Below, piece by piece: positions 57,201 to 64,000 of a stretch of 64,000 bases of DNA (positions are counted from its first letter, which is position 1; each line of letters opens with the position of its first letter). Source of the stretch: Amphiscolops sp. MND2022 (lineage: Eukaryota); the NCBI GenBank assembly GCA_964187785.1, contig OZ076415.1, forward strand, positions 64,790,001 to 64,854,000, read 5' to 3'. Made by a program: the position numbers and the translations under genes. The notes beneath the pieces are model-generated. The model did no database searches. It saw nothing but the letters and a program-made list of their open reading frames with translations, and was not told the origin of the DNA.

Positions 57201-59375
57201 ATATATATATTCACGTCTTTATGCTTGTGTATTCTACATGTAAACCAGTAGTGCAGAATGTATTAATTATCGATGAAATGTAGCTGTAATAATCAAGATA
57301 ACTGGCAAAGTAAAGGAAACGCGTTCGAATTGTCCGCCGCGTTGGTCAATTCGAACGCGTAGTCCGCAACCTTAATTAGCCAATCACATGCGAGCTTTCT
57401 TATTCACTTACTTGCTGGCCTTTGCGGCGACGCAAGTCATATTAGACTGCCGGTCCACTTATTGTCGGTGTATTTACTTTGATGATTATTAATCTTAACT
57501 AAGTGCAATACTATTGGTGCATATAAGTATGAGCTCAGCACAAGTCTTGCTGTCATTAATATGAAAGGCGTACTGCCTCTTCCCCCCCATTTTCCTTCCT
57601 CTTTATCTATTTTTAGATCTAATACACGTAGAGATGCTAATTTTAGAATTACAGGAACATGTGACGTAAACTTCCCAGGGCCTTTTGCCCGTACTTGTGT
57701 CTATATTTAGTTTGACAGCATTACGTCATAGTGACGTTAGTATGTAAGTTGCTAATTTTAGTAACATGACTATACATATTACTGCATGTCATGATGCAAG
57801 GACTATAAATACGGGGACCACTAGTCCCAAGGGATGAATCTTGACGATTATTGATGATTACAAACCTACAACTCACCGCTATCTATCACCATCAGTGTTC
57901 TAATCATTTTGAGACTACAAGTCAACCTTCGCTTTAGTAGACTGCTTTAGTGATATATCGTTCTGTTATTGTTTGAATACTCAGTTCAAGTTGGGATATT
58001 TGATACAAGCTCGAATATACTCTTACCTGAGCAAATATTTCTTCAATGCCTTCTACTAGAAAGCAAAGAGCTAAGGAAAGACGCTCTAGGCAATTAGACA
58101 TCATGTCTGATACAGAAAACTTAGACGTAATGCTTGGATCATATCCAAGAAATGAATTAGGAAATGACTCTGATAGGGATGGTGAAATAGACCTAGGGTC
58201 AGATAGGACTAGAGGAGACCCACTGCAAAATAGTGAGGATTTCAGGTCACTTTTAAACTCAAACAGTAAAGAAAATAGTGAATCGACGGTTGAGACTATG
58301 AGGCTCGTTAATTCTGAGATTACAAAGAAAATTGATGAACTGAGAAGAGAACTTAATTCTCAGCTGGTTGATGTCATTAATTCAGCAATCACTGAAAAGG
58401 TTTTGCCTGATATTAGAAACTTGGTTTCCAACCAAAATCCAGTGTTTCGGGAAGAAGTGGACCAGAGGTCCAGTGGACTTAACAGGACCACCGAAGCGAA
58501 ATTCGTTAAAAACGCTTGGAAAGGTAACTCAAAGCTTAATATGGCAACCAGTAGTCGACAAGACTACTTTAGGAGAAATTCAGAGAATTCTCAGTCTAGT
58601 GACGATGGTCATGAAGAAGACATTATGACCAATAGTCACGACACAGGGTAGTCTCTGGTATTTTTGACGAACGATGACAGAATTGTGCCATGGCAGAGAT
58701 CAAAGAATCGAATAAAAATAAACTGTTTTCGAATTTGCTAAGGCCACAGTGGTGGTTTTCAATAATTTAGCAGAACAATTTGTTCTACCGCAAACCGAAA
58801 CACTCTTAGAGAAATTTAGAGCGACTTTCTCTTTGGCCAATTTTTTGTCATTTAGTATCCATAAATGTTTCTACAGATGAACAGGTCCTGAAAACGGCAT
58901 CCCGTAAGTTCAAAAACAGCGAAAACCTTTAAAAAACACGTGGACGCGAAGCAGGTGAAACAGTGGGGTGCAACAACAACAAGTTCCATATGTCTAATAC
59001 CAAAAAAGGAACTTTTTACAAACCACCCACCTTCCCCAATCCCCCACCCTCTTTCACACACACACACGCAGAAAATTCAGATTTTCAACATGTGGGGAGA
59101 TGGTTTTAGGAAAAACATGTCCATAAAAAGTTGTTAAAATAAATGTTTCCTTAGAACGTTTGAGTAGCTGTTGGTTTCACGATTCAGTGAGGTATCCTTA
59201 CTCAGCTCTGTTGTTACTCCATGGATGAGGGGGTGAGGGGGGTGATACTTGCCTGGAAATGAGGGTATATGTGAGGTCCAGCTGCAGAGATTCCTTCAAT
59301 CATGCTGTAGAGGAAGAAGATACCGACGCCCAGGAAAAGAACACTGCGGAAGTCGCAGTAACTGTCATTTAACAT
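27223..59375 (-). CDS. UNC-93-like / MFSD11-like MFS membrane protein, 8 exons: 59375-59253, 39301-39193, 37645-37498, 36254-36124, 35340-35213, 30934-30678, 29015-~28708, ~27449-27223
   Basis: All junctions are phase-compatible. The spliced peptide aligns by eye to MFSD11-type helices: VLFLGVGIFFLYS (TM1), GFNAGVMWTSVGKAITVHSD (cf. GIAAAVLWTAQGNCLTINSD), LLVGIGEIV (cf. IFIGIGEIL), FFGFYDCIIETEIY (cf. LLGFGDSCFNTQIY), AFAVYQF (cf. AFAIFKF). The last junction is least certain. Confidence 0.8.
29657..30141 (-). mobile_element. HINE/DINE-1-like element
   Basis: AACAAGCCGGGAAGGGCAAGGGTCGGCGCCATAACTGAGG ... GAAGCGCCGACTAAAAA. Confidence 0.65.
31960..34400. repeat. Diverged tandem array, ~185-bp period
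   Basis: Motifs such as TTTTTGTCAAA..GACTTCGTGGATTGGAATG..GGGTCAACAA..TTGTCCA..GAGATAA..AAATTGACACC recur at roughly 180-190 bp spacing (e.g. ~32463, 32649, 32840, 33025). Confidence 0.7.
35005..35157 (-). mobile_element. tRNA-derived SINE, same family as 11405-11590
   Basis: Minus strand TGGTGTAGTGGTTAGAGCATTCG..GTTCGAATC followed by the shared body. Confidence 0.75.
37193..37322. repeat. 22-bp minisatellite (GAAAACGTTATATCCGAACTTT) x~6, next to a HINE-type end at ~37410-37446
   Basis: Head-to-tail units seen directly. Confidence 0.9.
38328..38985. mobile_element. TIR-bounded MITE-like element, CTTGCAAG-rich family
   Basis: Left ATGCATTCCTTACAAGGATCTTGCAAG vs reverse complement of right ATGCATACCTTGCAACGATCTTGCAAG; AT-rich non-coding interior. 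Confidence 0.55.
39548..39877. repeat. Perfect 330-bp palindrome, 165-bp arms, no spacer
   Basis: Centre ACATG|CATGT at 39712/39713; ends GACTTGAATAC...GTATTCAAGTC; both strands give the same translation in the ORF track. Confidence 0.97.
40102..40463 (+). mobile_element. HINE/DINE-1-like element
   Basis: TTTTTAGTCGGCGCTTTTC ... GATATGGCGCCGACTTGGGCCGGTCCCAGCTTGTT. Confidence 0.7.
40812..41505 (-). mobile_element. HINE/DINE-1-like element with internal 147-bp tandem duplication (40928-41227)
   Basis: AACAAACCGGG..AGTCGGCGCTATATCTAAGG ... GAGTCGACTAAAAA; GGGAC motif at 40928, 41075 and 41222. Confidence 0.7.
42222..43968 (+). repeat. 5' LTR (1747 bp)
   Basis: Direct repeat of 56897-58643; TG...CA ends with TGTCG/CGACA inverted termini. 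Confidence 0.97.
43129..43135 (+). promoter_or_regulatory. Candidate LTR TATA box
   Basis: TATAAAT about 240 bp upstream of the gag ATG, downstream of several TGACGT/ACGTCA motifs. Confidence 0.5.
43371..45089 (+). CDS. gag: Gag, 572 aa, with the first 199 codons inside the 5' LTR
   Basis: Retrotransposon gag core (FDGKSEKFELFEDLF...) and two CCHC knuckles, CNYCKKPGHVKDDC and CPTCGKTNHPAERC. Confidence 0.95.
   Translation: MPSTRKQRAKERRSRQLDIMSDTENLDVMLGSYPRNELGNDSDRDGEIDLGSDRTRGDPLQNSEDFRSLLNSNSKENSESTVETMRLVNSEITKKIDELRRELNSQLVDVINSAITEKVLPDIRNLVSNQNPVFREEVDQRSSGLNRTTEAKFVKNAWKGNSKLNMATSSRQDYFRRNSENSQSSDDGHEEDIMTNSHDMVTGAKPTPRTVPEFLTGRPMHSREETQNSHSPRIQTLENVPPVQETDVNDGSDPIRRLADVLVGMNNKSSTQTLMVRPVSTTTLTFDGKSEKFELFEDLFHTMVKMQPEMTETMKINHFHSLLRKNALQTFRNISTANRQTLEDVLAVFRRKYVKPESQATAKHKWHKLVFDPNTMKLPDFLEELNQGAEKAFGENAQAMIDSLLYAKLPPKLKRSVNMARLENASYEEIVTHLERELELNGLEGGDDIPVPTMSTAPTATRPGTGLLSSGIDPNITCNYCKKPGHVKDDCRKLKRKEEQRRNDGQDTKKEYPKCPTCGKTNHPAERCWKGAGAHLKPKNLKLEDAKQDEASPGQNETKDKQSTSILKNSKN
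43969..43980 (+). other. Primer binding site, tRNA-Leu-like
   Basis: TGGTGACAGGAG directly after the LTR; 11/12 match to TGGTGTCAGGAG, the complement of the vertebrate tRNA-Leu(CAG) 3' end (from recall). Confidence 0.7.
45071..45086 (+). promoter_or_regulatory. Two tandem A-AAA-AAC -1 frameshift heptamers at the gag/pol junction
   Basis: gag frame ttA AAA AAC tcA AAA AAC TAG; pol is in the -1 frame and open across both sites. Confidence 0.85.
45092..50125 (+). CDS. pol: Pol polyprotein: protease, dUTPase-like remnant, RT, RNase H, integrase
   Basis: LVDTGA (PR), YVDDI (RT), MTDAS/EFLAI/LTDNKS/ADYLSR (RH), H..H..CETC plus QIDLL/TDKGSAF/KLERTH (IN), GPY motif; no chromodomain. Confidence 0.98.
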   Translation: MPRLQFNGKLRIRQYIISDPSTVFYIEYYSSLKKTSSADWQQQMRNTPTQFCTSDHRSDRLTSTTDYIRSLPLIPDYNPYYIDPDYGIDPYWDAQIYNQHELQFYANFNKPQTEIEPDCPMTDRALNHTLTIALVDPWQANPNSCVLPTQEEPDTKFNSFGPQVSLTSAVEARFVNTLVTRNGEPDYVPLTTNLGLKYKRRMLYFPMDFGELTLDGLVDTGALSSAIPEADLRKIRLLAPQSIVKEGPAPNFQIMVANGQLETPKSTVELKFEVGDIEFHEIFIVMEKLTSPLIGLSFLQRNNTILDMRQGVLNFPFFSMQLKTADHKYTNVMEPICTQEDITIPPNDRHLVTLSSQMYDDTTVTGILQPSNALTEDGDIAFCAALVTLTSGQVEIHLNNFTDHPYTLKRGSHVANFSVMTPGQMKYVKPIDPVTTWHLLQDNPENAAFYVSSLIKSSKPEDFRENYWFPTPEDPGDPQQHTPIQKRILTELLNLQELEKLNPQDDPESRRRFLANFDWTDSMLQSDEITRIENLLVEFHDIFARHRFDIGMNEEFKVKLTPKDDSPAYSQSLPTPINLKEDILVELALLQRYGIITTLPFSKYASPNFAQKKPNGKLRLLVDLRKINNLISDDYINNNHPVSTLTDAAQHMAGKKLFCKLDCSQAYHCLQMADQRSIEMLAFNFASRTFAYRRLAQGLSRALSAFSSFMREYLDKVIKADQCAQYVDDIGIAANDAEQLIKNLRATFQCIREAGLKLTMHKCHFGATEIDFLGRTITPVGVRPQRPRVQNFLENTKFPKSKKALQRYLGFLNYYRNYIPRLSERLTPFFKLLKNDEKVLVTPDLLEKFTDINKALDRCCELALKQPLPNKQIALMTDASFMAAGYAVLIEDDPQEKYTSTRKAFAPVAYGSKTFSPAQLKMSIYAKEFLAIFFAFKEFGHIFWGTPKPVIILTDNKSVTRFFQTKIIPPTLWNACDYVIQFNFTIAHIPGKNNTAADYLSRLEISPKEKLILRIREDIPTTPIELHVQSAGITEEEQIFYTDDEDETEEQIWQRKKKSRDNPSNQLPDISFQKFTTHHSNYQKLPICQKLANTNTVTIEQNNDVILQQLKLKIQKEEYSETILIQDTRYQHYLRQLDRLSIQNEIITRQYYDETGTVKYNQVLLPKHLVTELLESLHGKANRHPGIAKMLQEIRSKYYYPGIAKIVRKWVNGCETCIKDKRTPNELITPELLNLPEWTLGPEDAMQIDLLPNLPPSGGYENIITAMDVFSRYLFAYPVTDASAANTAKVIIDIMTKHTYLPTTLITDKGSAFTSKLVAEIAQILGIQIKCATTKHPQTIGKLERTHASLKTNLKMASGEYRRQWHKYLPLAVLNYNTSYHSTLGCEPSRIFHGRIPYNILDHKLGLNPNPQVLPTTDFAEEFQRRSQVLIDSTKKNIMQSYLKYKEYYDRKAKAAPLKLNDYCFILQPIADHQGSKIPFREFRWIGPYIIEKVLPNDNYIVRKLNSNKTQILHRIRLRKYEPNTDLQDVRPEGNLQPDDEIVIPQDDLYVITWETNFEDFASTRRQPTYEQSTERPEITSGEDTNFDQPDQILTDVDLQSTRHDETEETLPERIMPDSDNDSITGEETSSGGSDTIVPEVSESENDEMIVENESPRGGRYNLRPNPTPNYSEEYRY
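50348..54638 (-). CDS. Antisense five-exon gene encoding a hAT-transposase-derived protein (~1260 aa), probably catalytically dead; exons 54638-52704, 52551-52066, 51993-51859, 51785-51704, 51492-50348
   Basis: Four GT-AG introns (152, 72, 73, 211 bp) with matching phases 0,0,0,1 join the ORF fragments into one frame. Order of motifs: TTF/BED-like zinc finger (EEYFETMPW..YCQICKCNVSIRAKGPKEILRHFATERH), RNase-H-like core (QFSVEFEP..LLLHVRFW), ELMANWKTVITYL helix, RKLAKRVVLP, dimerisation-like RPLLFSCFKLACLCI. Confidence 0.85.
56170..56988 (+). CDS. Accessory ORF3, 272 aa, acidic and non-env; crosses the PPT and ends 92 nt inside the 3' LTR
   Basis: ATG-initiated uninterrupted ORF preceded by a branch-like TACTAA and acceptor CAG at 56165-56167; CxxC motif CIVC; no signal peptide or TM segment visible. 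Confidence 0.75.
   Translation: MSLQFAVEDLISPLVSLSYLSSEEEDMDVDDPQKAPDEKGYDSDIEVIACYSEAQSTRPLGIAGRAMTTEFTDDDDLTLLEELYGRSIKTDTEPPSDLVDQILGIHPPSYSRRLSQERPIAECARISPIPDTPLSPPPHEQGCNVNNAGNPWSDDDFPYQPKNAHITGIAISNSGVCGLPNQVAFGDCIVCGKSFETIREEITFNFLEQTHLVGETYNTRLRRRNAFQAGMLAGSFTVIPRGVSQAAACDGNSYQVMVNENDLRYMPGTLPL
56891..56896 (+). other. Polypurine tract (short GGGGAG)
   Basis: Purine run directly before the 3' LTR TG. Confidence 0.65.
56897..58643 (+). repeat. 3' LTR (1747 bp)
   Basis: Same length as the 5' LTR and no difference found in the segments compared; followed by TSD CAGGG. Confidence 0.97.
58046..58651 (+). CDS. 3' LTR copy of the gag N-terminal 199 codons, ending 2 codons into host flank (201 aa)
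   Basis: Identical translation to gag residues 1-199, then TG*. Confidence 0.6.
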   Translation: MPSTRKQRAKERRSRQLDIMSDTENLDVMLGSYPRNELGNDSDRDGEIDLGSDRTRGDPLQNSEDFRSLLNSNSKENSESTVETMRLVNSEITKKIDELRRELNSQLVDVINSAITEKVLPDIRNLVSNQNPVFREEVDQRSSGLNRTTEAKFVKNAWKGNSKLNMATSSRQDYFRRNSENSQSSDDGHEEDIMTNSHDTG

Positions 59376-62300
59376 GCCAAATAGTCACCAATGCCGCAAC
59401 CAGCCAACTTTATCTTGCTAGGCGGCCGCTTTTTGGAGAGAAATCCAGTCCCGATTTAAACTTCAGCTCCAGATTTCCAGATCGCACGAAGACCAGATGC
59501 TAATCTGGATATATCTGTTTGAGCAAGCTACTGAATTTTCAGCGGGTTTAGATCTTTTGCCATCTGCAAAACTAACGCAATCAATAAAGATAAAAAGACA
59601 TGCCACATAAGAGCACTTCGAAATGAACTTGAACTTTTGAACTTTGAGCCATAAAAGCTTTGGAACTCTGAAGAAAATTAAATTCTCTGATAAAGTTCAG
59701 TTCTGATTTGAAGACTGTGAGTTTTTTGAAATGGTATCTGAAATGAAACCAACAACCATGAGTCATTCTCAGTGCAAATTCATTGTGAACTATCAGATGG
59801 GTGATTCTTGAAAACCAATTGAAAGTTTCACTGGTTTCAAATATCACTTGAGTTTGTATGTCAAGTATGAATGACACCCAAATGTCCTGCAACTTCGAAA
59901 AAATACATTCTAGAAACCTGTTCTTAGTTCCAATTATAGATCTGGTTCCAATAATGTTAATTTTAGAACTTATTTCACAACCTTTAAATCGGGTTCTGTA
60001 GAGTGATTTTTGATTTTCAAGATGAAAAATTTCTACGCAGCAAAAAGGAACTTTGGAACTTTACTGGAATAAACACTTTCAATTGAAAATGCTTGAAGTT
60101 CCTACAGGTTTCTCAAGGTTGTCAACAAATTCAAGAATAATAATTCCTTGATGTATTCGACTTCTGTCAAATTGCTCAAAAATTGGCCGCAAATCGAAAC
60201 TAAACAATTTTACAGGTTTGATTAGGTGTTTATTCTTCTATGACAAACAGCTGAGACGTTATCAAATTTGCCGCCATAATAATGCAATGTAACTCCAGCC
60301 ACGTGAAAAACTGCCAACTAGCATCATCTCAAGCCTGCCAAAAGAAGTGGAAACCTTGTAGGGAAATGAGTGCTAAACAAAGAGAACAACCCACGTTGAA
60401 CACTCCCTGCTTATCTGTACAGATCCTGACAGATATTCCAGGATTCGTTGAAAATTAACTAGTCAAAATTTTTGAAATTTTTGAAACTAGTTTTGAAATT
60501 GAAATTAGTTGAATAAAAAGTGCTCTACAAGATAAACACGCCTCCTAATTGAAGTTTTAAAAAAGTTTCTTTGCAGATCTGTGCACATCTGTACAGATCC
60601 TGAAAGATATTTCAGGATTCGTCAAAAATTAACCATACGAAAATGACCAATAAATTACTATAACGTATTCCAAGTTTCCAACAATTACTAAATATATTCC
60701 AGCAAACCATGTTCCCAAAGTATTACAACCATACATGTCTAATTACAGCCGCCAAAACGAAGTCAATTTGGCCAATCAGCCTCTCAAAGTTAAGAACCCA
60801 ATTCTGGAAAGTTCAAATGAAATGAATAAATTTCCCTTGTATAACCAATACCGAATAATCCCGAAACACCAAAATTACCGTGATGGGGACAAGCTTTTCT
60901 GTTAGAGATTTTTGAGTGTGGAGAGTTTCAACTGACTGAGTCTTGGTCAGCTAACATACTTATTGAGGAAGCCAAAATTGAAATATATAGTTTCACTAGA
61001 AGGTCCGGAAGAAATTTTCCTGAAAAATCTGTAAAGATCCTTGCAGATCTGCAGTTGTGTATACGTAGCAGTGGCACGATCTTCACAGATCCTCTAGAAA
61101 ACTGGCTCACAGATGTGTCCAGATTCTCAAGGAAAGCTCATCATGGGAAGGCGCTCGCTGACCATTGGGATATTTCCGCCCCAAATGATCCAGCAACAAC
61201 TTAATTGCTCGAGTGTAGTCAACGAATTCAAAGTTCTAACCCACAAAAACTTTTAACTTTTACAGGAAGTCGTTGAAAATATACCAACATTACAGAAAAC
61301 GAAGAACTTTTTGAGTTTTGGGAGTCATTTAGAAGCTATTTTTCAGAAGCAAAACCTCCATATATTTTTTCAAAAAAGCCTACTTGACAAATGGGTTTGT
61401 TAGTTTTCAAACAAATTTAAACTTTTTTTGGGTCATACTGAGATATTTTTTGTGAAAAGCAACAAAATTCTCTTCAAAAAAGCGTAATGCAAAGCTATTA
61501 CTTCCATCGTCGACCATGTCTGTCGTTCAAACTTGAAAAAATAATTGAAAAATTTACAAAGATTGCTCAAAAACATCAAATTTCTTTAAAATCTCTACCA
61601 AGTCAACGTGCACAATACTATTTTTTCTCAGTTGAATTCTATGGGTGAAACCCTTGCTTTTTTGACACTGAGAAAGTGATAAAAGTTTAAAAACAGTGTG
61701 CTTTGCATAGTCAAGTAACTTGAGCGGGGCACCAACTTGGACCGGTCCCGGCGTGTTTTGTCTGATGACAGATTATAGTCTGATTTACATTTTGCAGAGA
61801 ATTCGATCCCATAAAAGATAAAGCGCCTCTCCATTTCGTTAGTTCACGTTTTATCTGACATTATAAACAAGTCTAAACCCTAGTCGAACCTGCGGGAAAG
61901 TTTCCATGTCGCATCCATGCATGCATTCTAAATTTTTGACAAATATGGAAAATACTAAAAGCGCGCATGAAGAAGTTTTGTAGGATTACAATGCTGCTTC
62001 CACTCTTTCAATTGAACTAAAAACATTTACACATCTTGACTGTCGCGATCACTCTGTAGTCACGTAACAAGTTAGCATTAGAATCAGACATGAATGAGAG
62101 AATTTTTGCATTCTGCTTCCTTACATGCACGGGTAATTTTTTACAGACATGAAAATCCCAAGAACCAGTTTGGAAAAACATTGTAGGATGAACGATTAAA
62201 CTCCAGCTTCCTCCCTTTTGTTAAAAACAGAAAGTCTTTCTACTTCTTCACCGTTTCGATAACTTTGTTTTCACATGTTATTTTCTCAAATACGCGTATG

Positions 62301-64000
62301 TAATTACTGTTGTCAAATAGTACGCTAAATATGACGTTTCTGTGAAACATATGACTGAACCATGATTGTTTTAAAAAGACAATAAAATTGACGCGGTCTC
62401 AGCTGCATTTAGAATTAGAACTGCTCTCCAGTGGATCCTGTAAAACTTCGTAGCTCCAAATTCCCGCCAAATTTAGAATGCATTTTTTCAACCATCATGA
62501 TAAAATTCAGTTAAAGCAGTGAAATTTCAATGCACTGAAAGAAGTCAATAAAACCATGAAGAATTAGCTCGGCAACCTGCAAAATTTTCCAGCAGTTTAA
62601 ACTGGAGCTGCTACAACTGATTCGAGTTGTTTCGCAGCTTTTATTCCGCTTCGGCGTGCTCGTTTTTGGAATAAAACGTTTTTGGATTACTCTTGACATT
62701 CCGAAAAAGTCAAACCAAAAATAGTTTTTGTTTTATTTATTTCAAGTACCTTCGAAATTTTTTAAACCATAAGGTCCCAAGAAGATATGCTTACAAAAGG
62801 ATTGAATCGTTCCCGGAATGCAAGTGGGTTGTGAAGAATTTTCATTTTTTATGTTACTTTCCACCGGAAGAATGTTTTAATAGTTTTCCCTGTACCATGG
62901 TTCAGCTCAAGATTAGATATGGGTATAAATATGGCGCAAGCTAAAAACTTCGAAGAATACTCTACTGTATACGCGGTCTTTCCAACATTGTGTTTCCAAC
63001 TTTATCTACAGATGATATGGGCTAGTACTTTTTGACCTACGAAAATAGAAACTTTTCCTATGAAAAATATAAAACTCTTGATGAAATATAATTTTGTAGT
63101 AGAGTCAGTAAACTAAAGAACATATATAGAGTTACTCGAAGGGGCTCATAAACTTAACGCTGCACCTCTACGGAGTTGAGTCGAATTCAGTACTTAAAAG
63201 CTGTTTTCGTGACGACGGGAGATCAATTTGGAAAATTATCGGAGGAAACCATCAACTAAATCGGAACAAGTACTTTCTGAAATTAGCACTTTGTCAAACA
63301 AGCCATTAGCTTGTTTTGATAAAGACACGGTCTCTATCGGCACTTGTAGAAAAGCAAATGTTCAAAACCTGATAGCGAGTTCATTCAGAAACTATTTTAA
63401 GAGATTCCCTGCAAGATGTATTGCTAGAGTATTGCTGAAAAATTTTCAATGCTGCCTCAGCGTTGGTATCACTCTGTCGGTTTGAGAAAATATATGAAAA
63501 TGATTTAAAAAAAACACCCACAAACGGACAAAAACGAAATCTGAAAGCTGTAACTAGAGGCTTCGTTTTGAAAAAAGTTCTAGAGTCCGAATAATTGCAG
63601 AAGAAAATTCCAGCTGTTGCCTTCCGAGGCAGTTTAGTTAGTATCAAAAAAGGCAGAAACTAACAGTTTTTAAATAAAACTCAATCTACCTCCTTCTAGA
63701 GTGCTTTCTCGGTTGATCTTGCGTGAATGCCTTCAACATGCTTGGTGGTTTGTCAAAAAATTCAATTGGTTTTTTTGGAACTTTGAAAATATTTCATGCT
63801 TGCAACTTGCTTGTTGTTTCGCACTTTATAAGCTGCTTGAAAAAGATGCATAGCAAATTCGAAGCAGTGAAGTAAGTAATACAAGTTTTAGTATGCTCCG
63901 TGTTTGTTTATAAATACAACAGGGCCCTTATCAAATTACCCGAAAACCTAGTTAAGAAATGTAGATTGATTGAAGTAGCTTCACATGAATGCAAATCTAC

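Larger units (their letters stand above)
42222..58643 (+). mobile_element. Intact 16,422-bp Ty3/Gypsy LTR retrotransposon with accessory genes
   Basis: Two 1747-bp LTRs (TGTCG...CGACA), 5-bp TSD CAGGG at 42217-42221 and 58644-58648, PBS, PPT, uninterrupted gag and pol in PR-RT-RH-IN order. Confidence 0.98.

Overview
AT-rich eukaryotic genomic DNA, rich in transposons, with spliceosomal introns. The gag sequence and gene style suggest a marine invertebrate, possibly an acoel (inference from recall, unverified). The dominant feature is an intact, apparently very recent 16.4-kb Ty3/Gypsy LTR retrotransposon at 42222-58643. It has two 1747-bp LTRs with no difference I could find by eye, a CAGGG target-site duplication, a tRNA-Leu-like PBS, a short PPT, and gag and pol joined by a -1 frameshift. 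Between pol and the 3' LTR it carries two unusual accessory units. The first is a five-exon antisense gene whose spliced product (~1260 aa) reconstructs a full-length hAT-family DNA transposase fold with the catalytic acidic residues apparently lost. The second is a 272-aa non-env sense ORF that runs through the PPT into U3. gag begins 199 codons inside the LTR. The element sits in the ~20-kb first intron of a minus-strand, 8-exon UNC-93/MFSD11-like MFS transporter gene (27223-59375), which appears to use two GC-AG introns and has a perfect 330-bp palindrome in intron 1. The rest of the window holds a decayed Mag-type Gypsy element (1-4653), many Helentron-type non-autonomous elements (HINE/DINE-1-like), tRNA-derived SINEs, TIR elements, tandem repeats and exons of uncharacterised plus-strand host genes.
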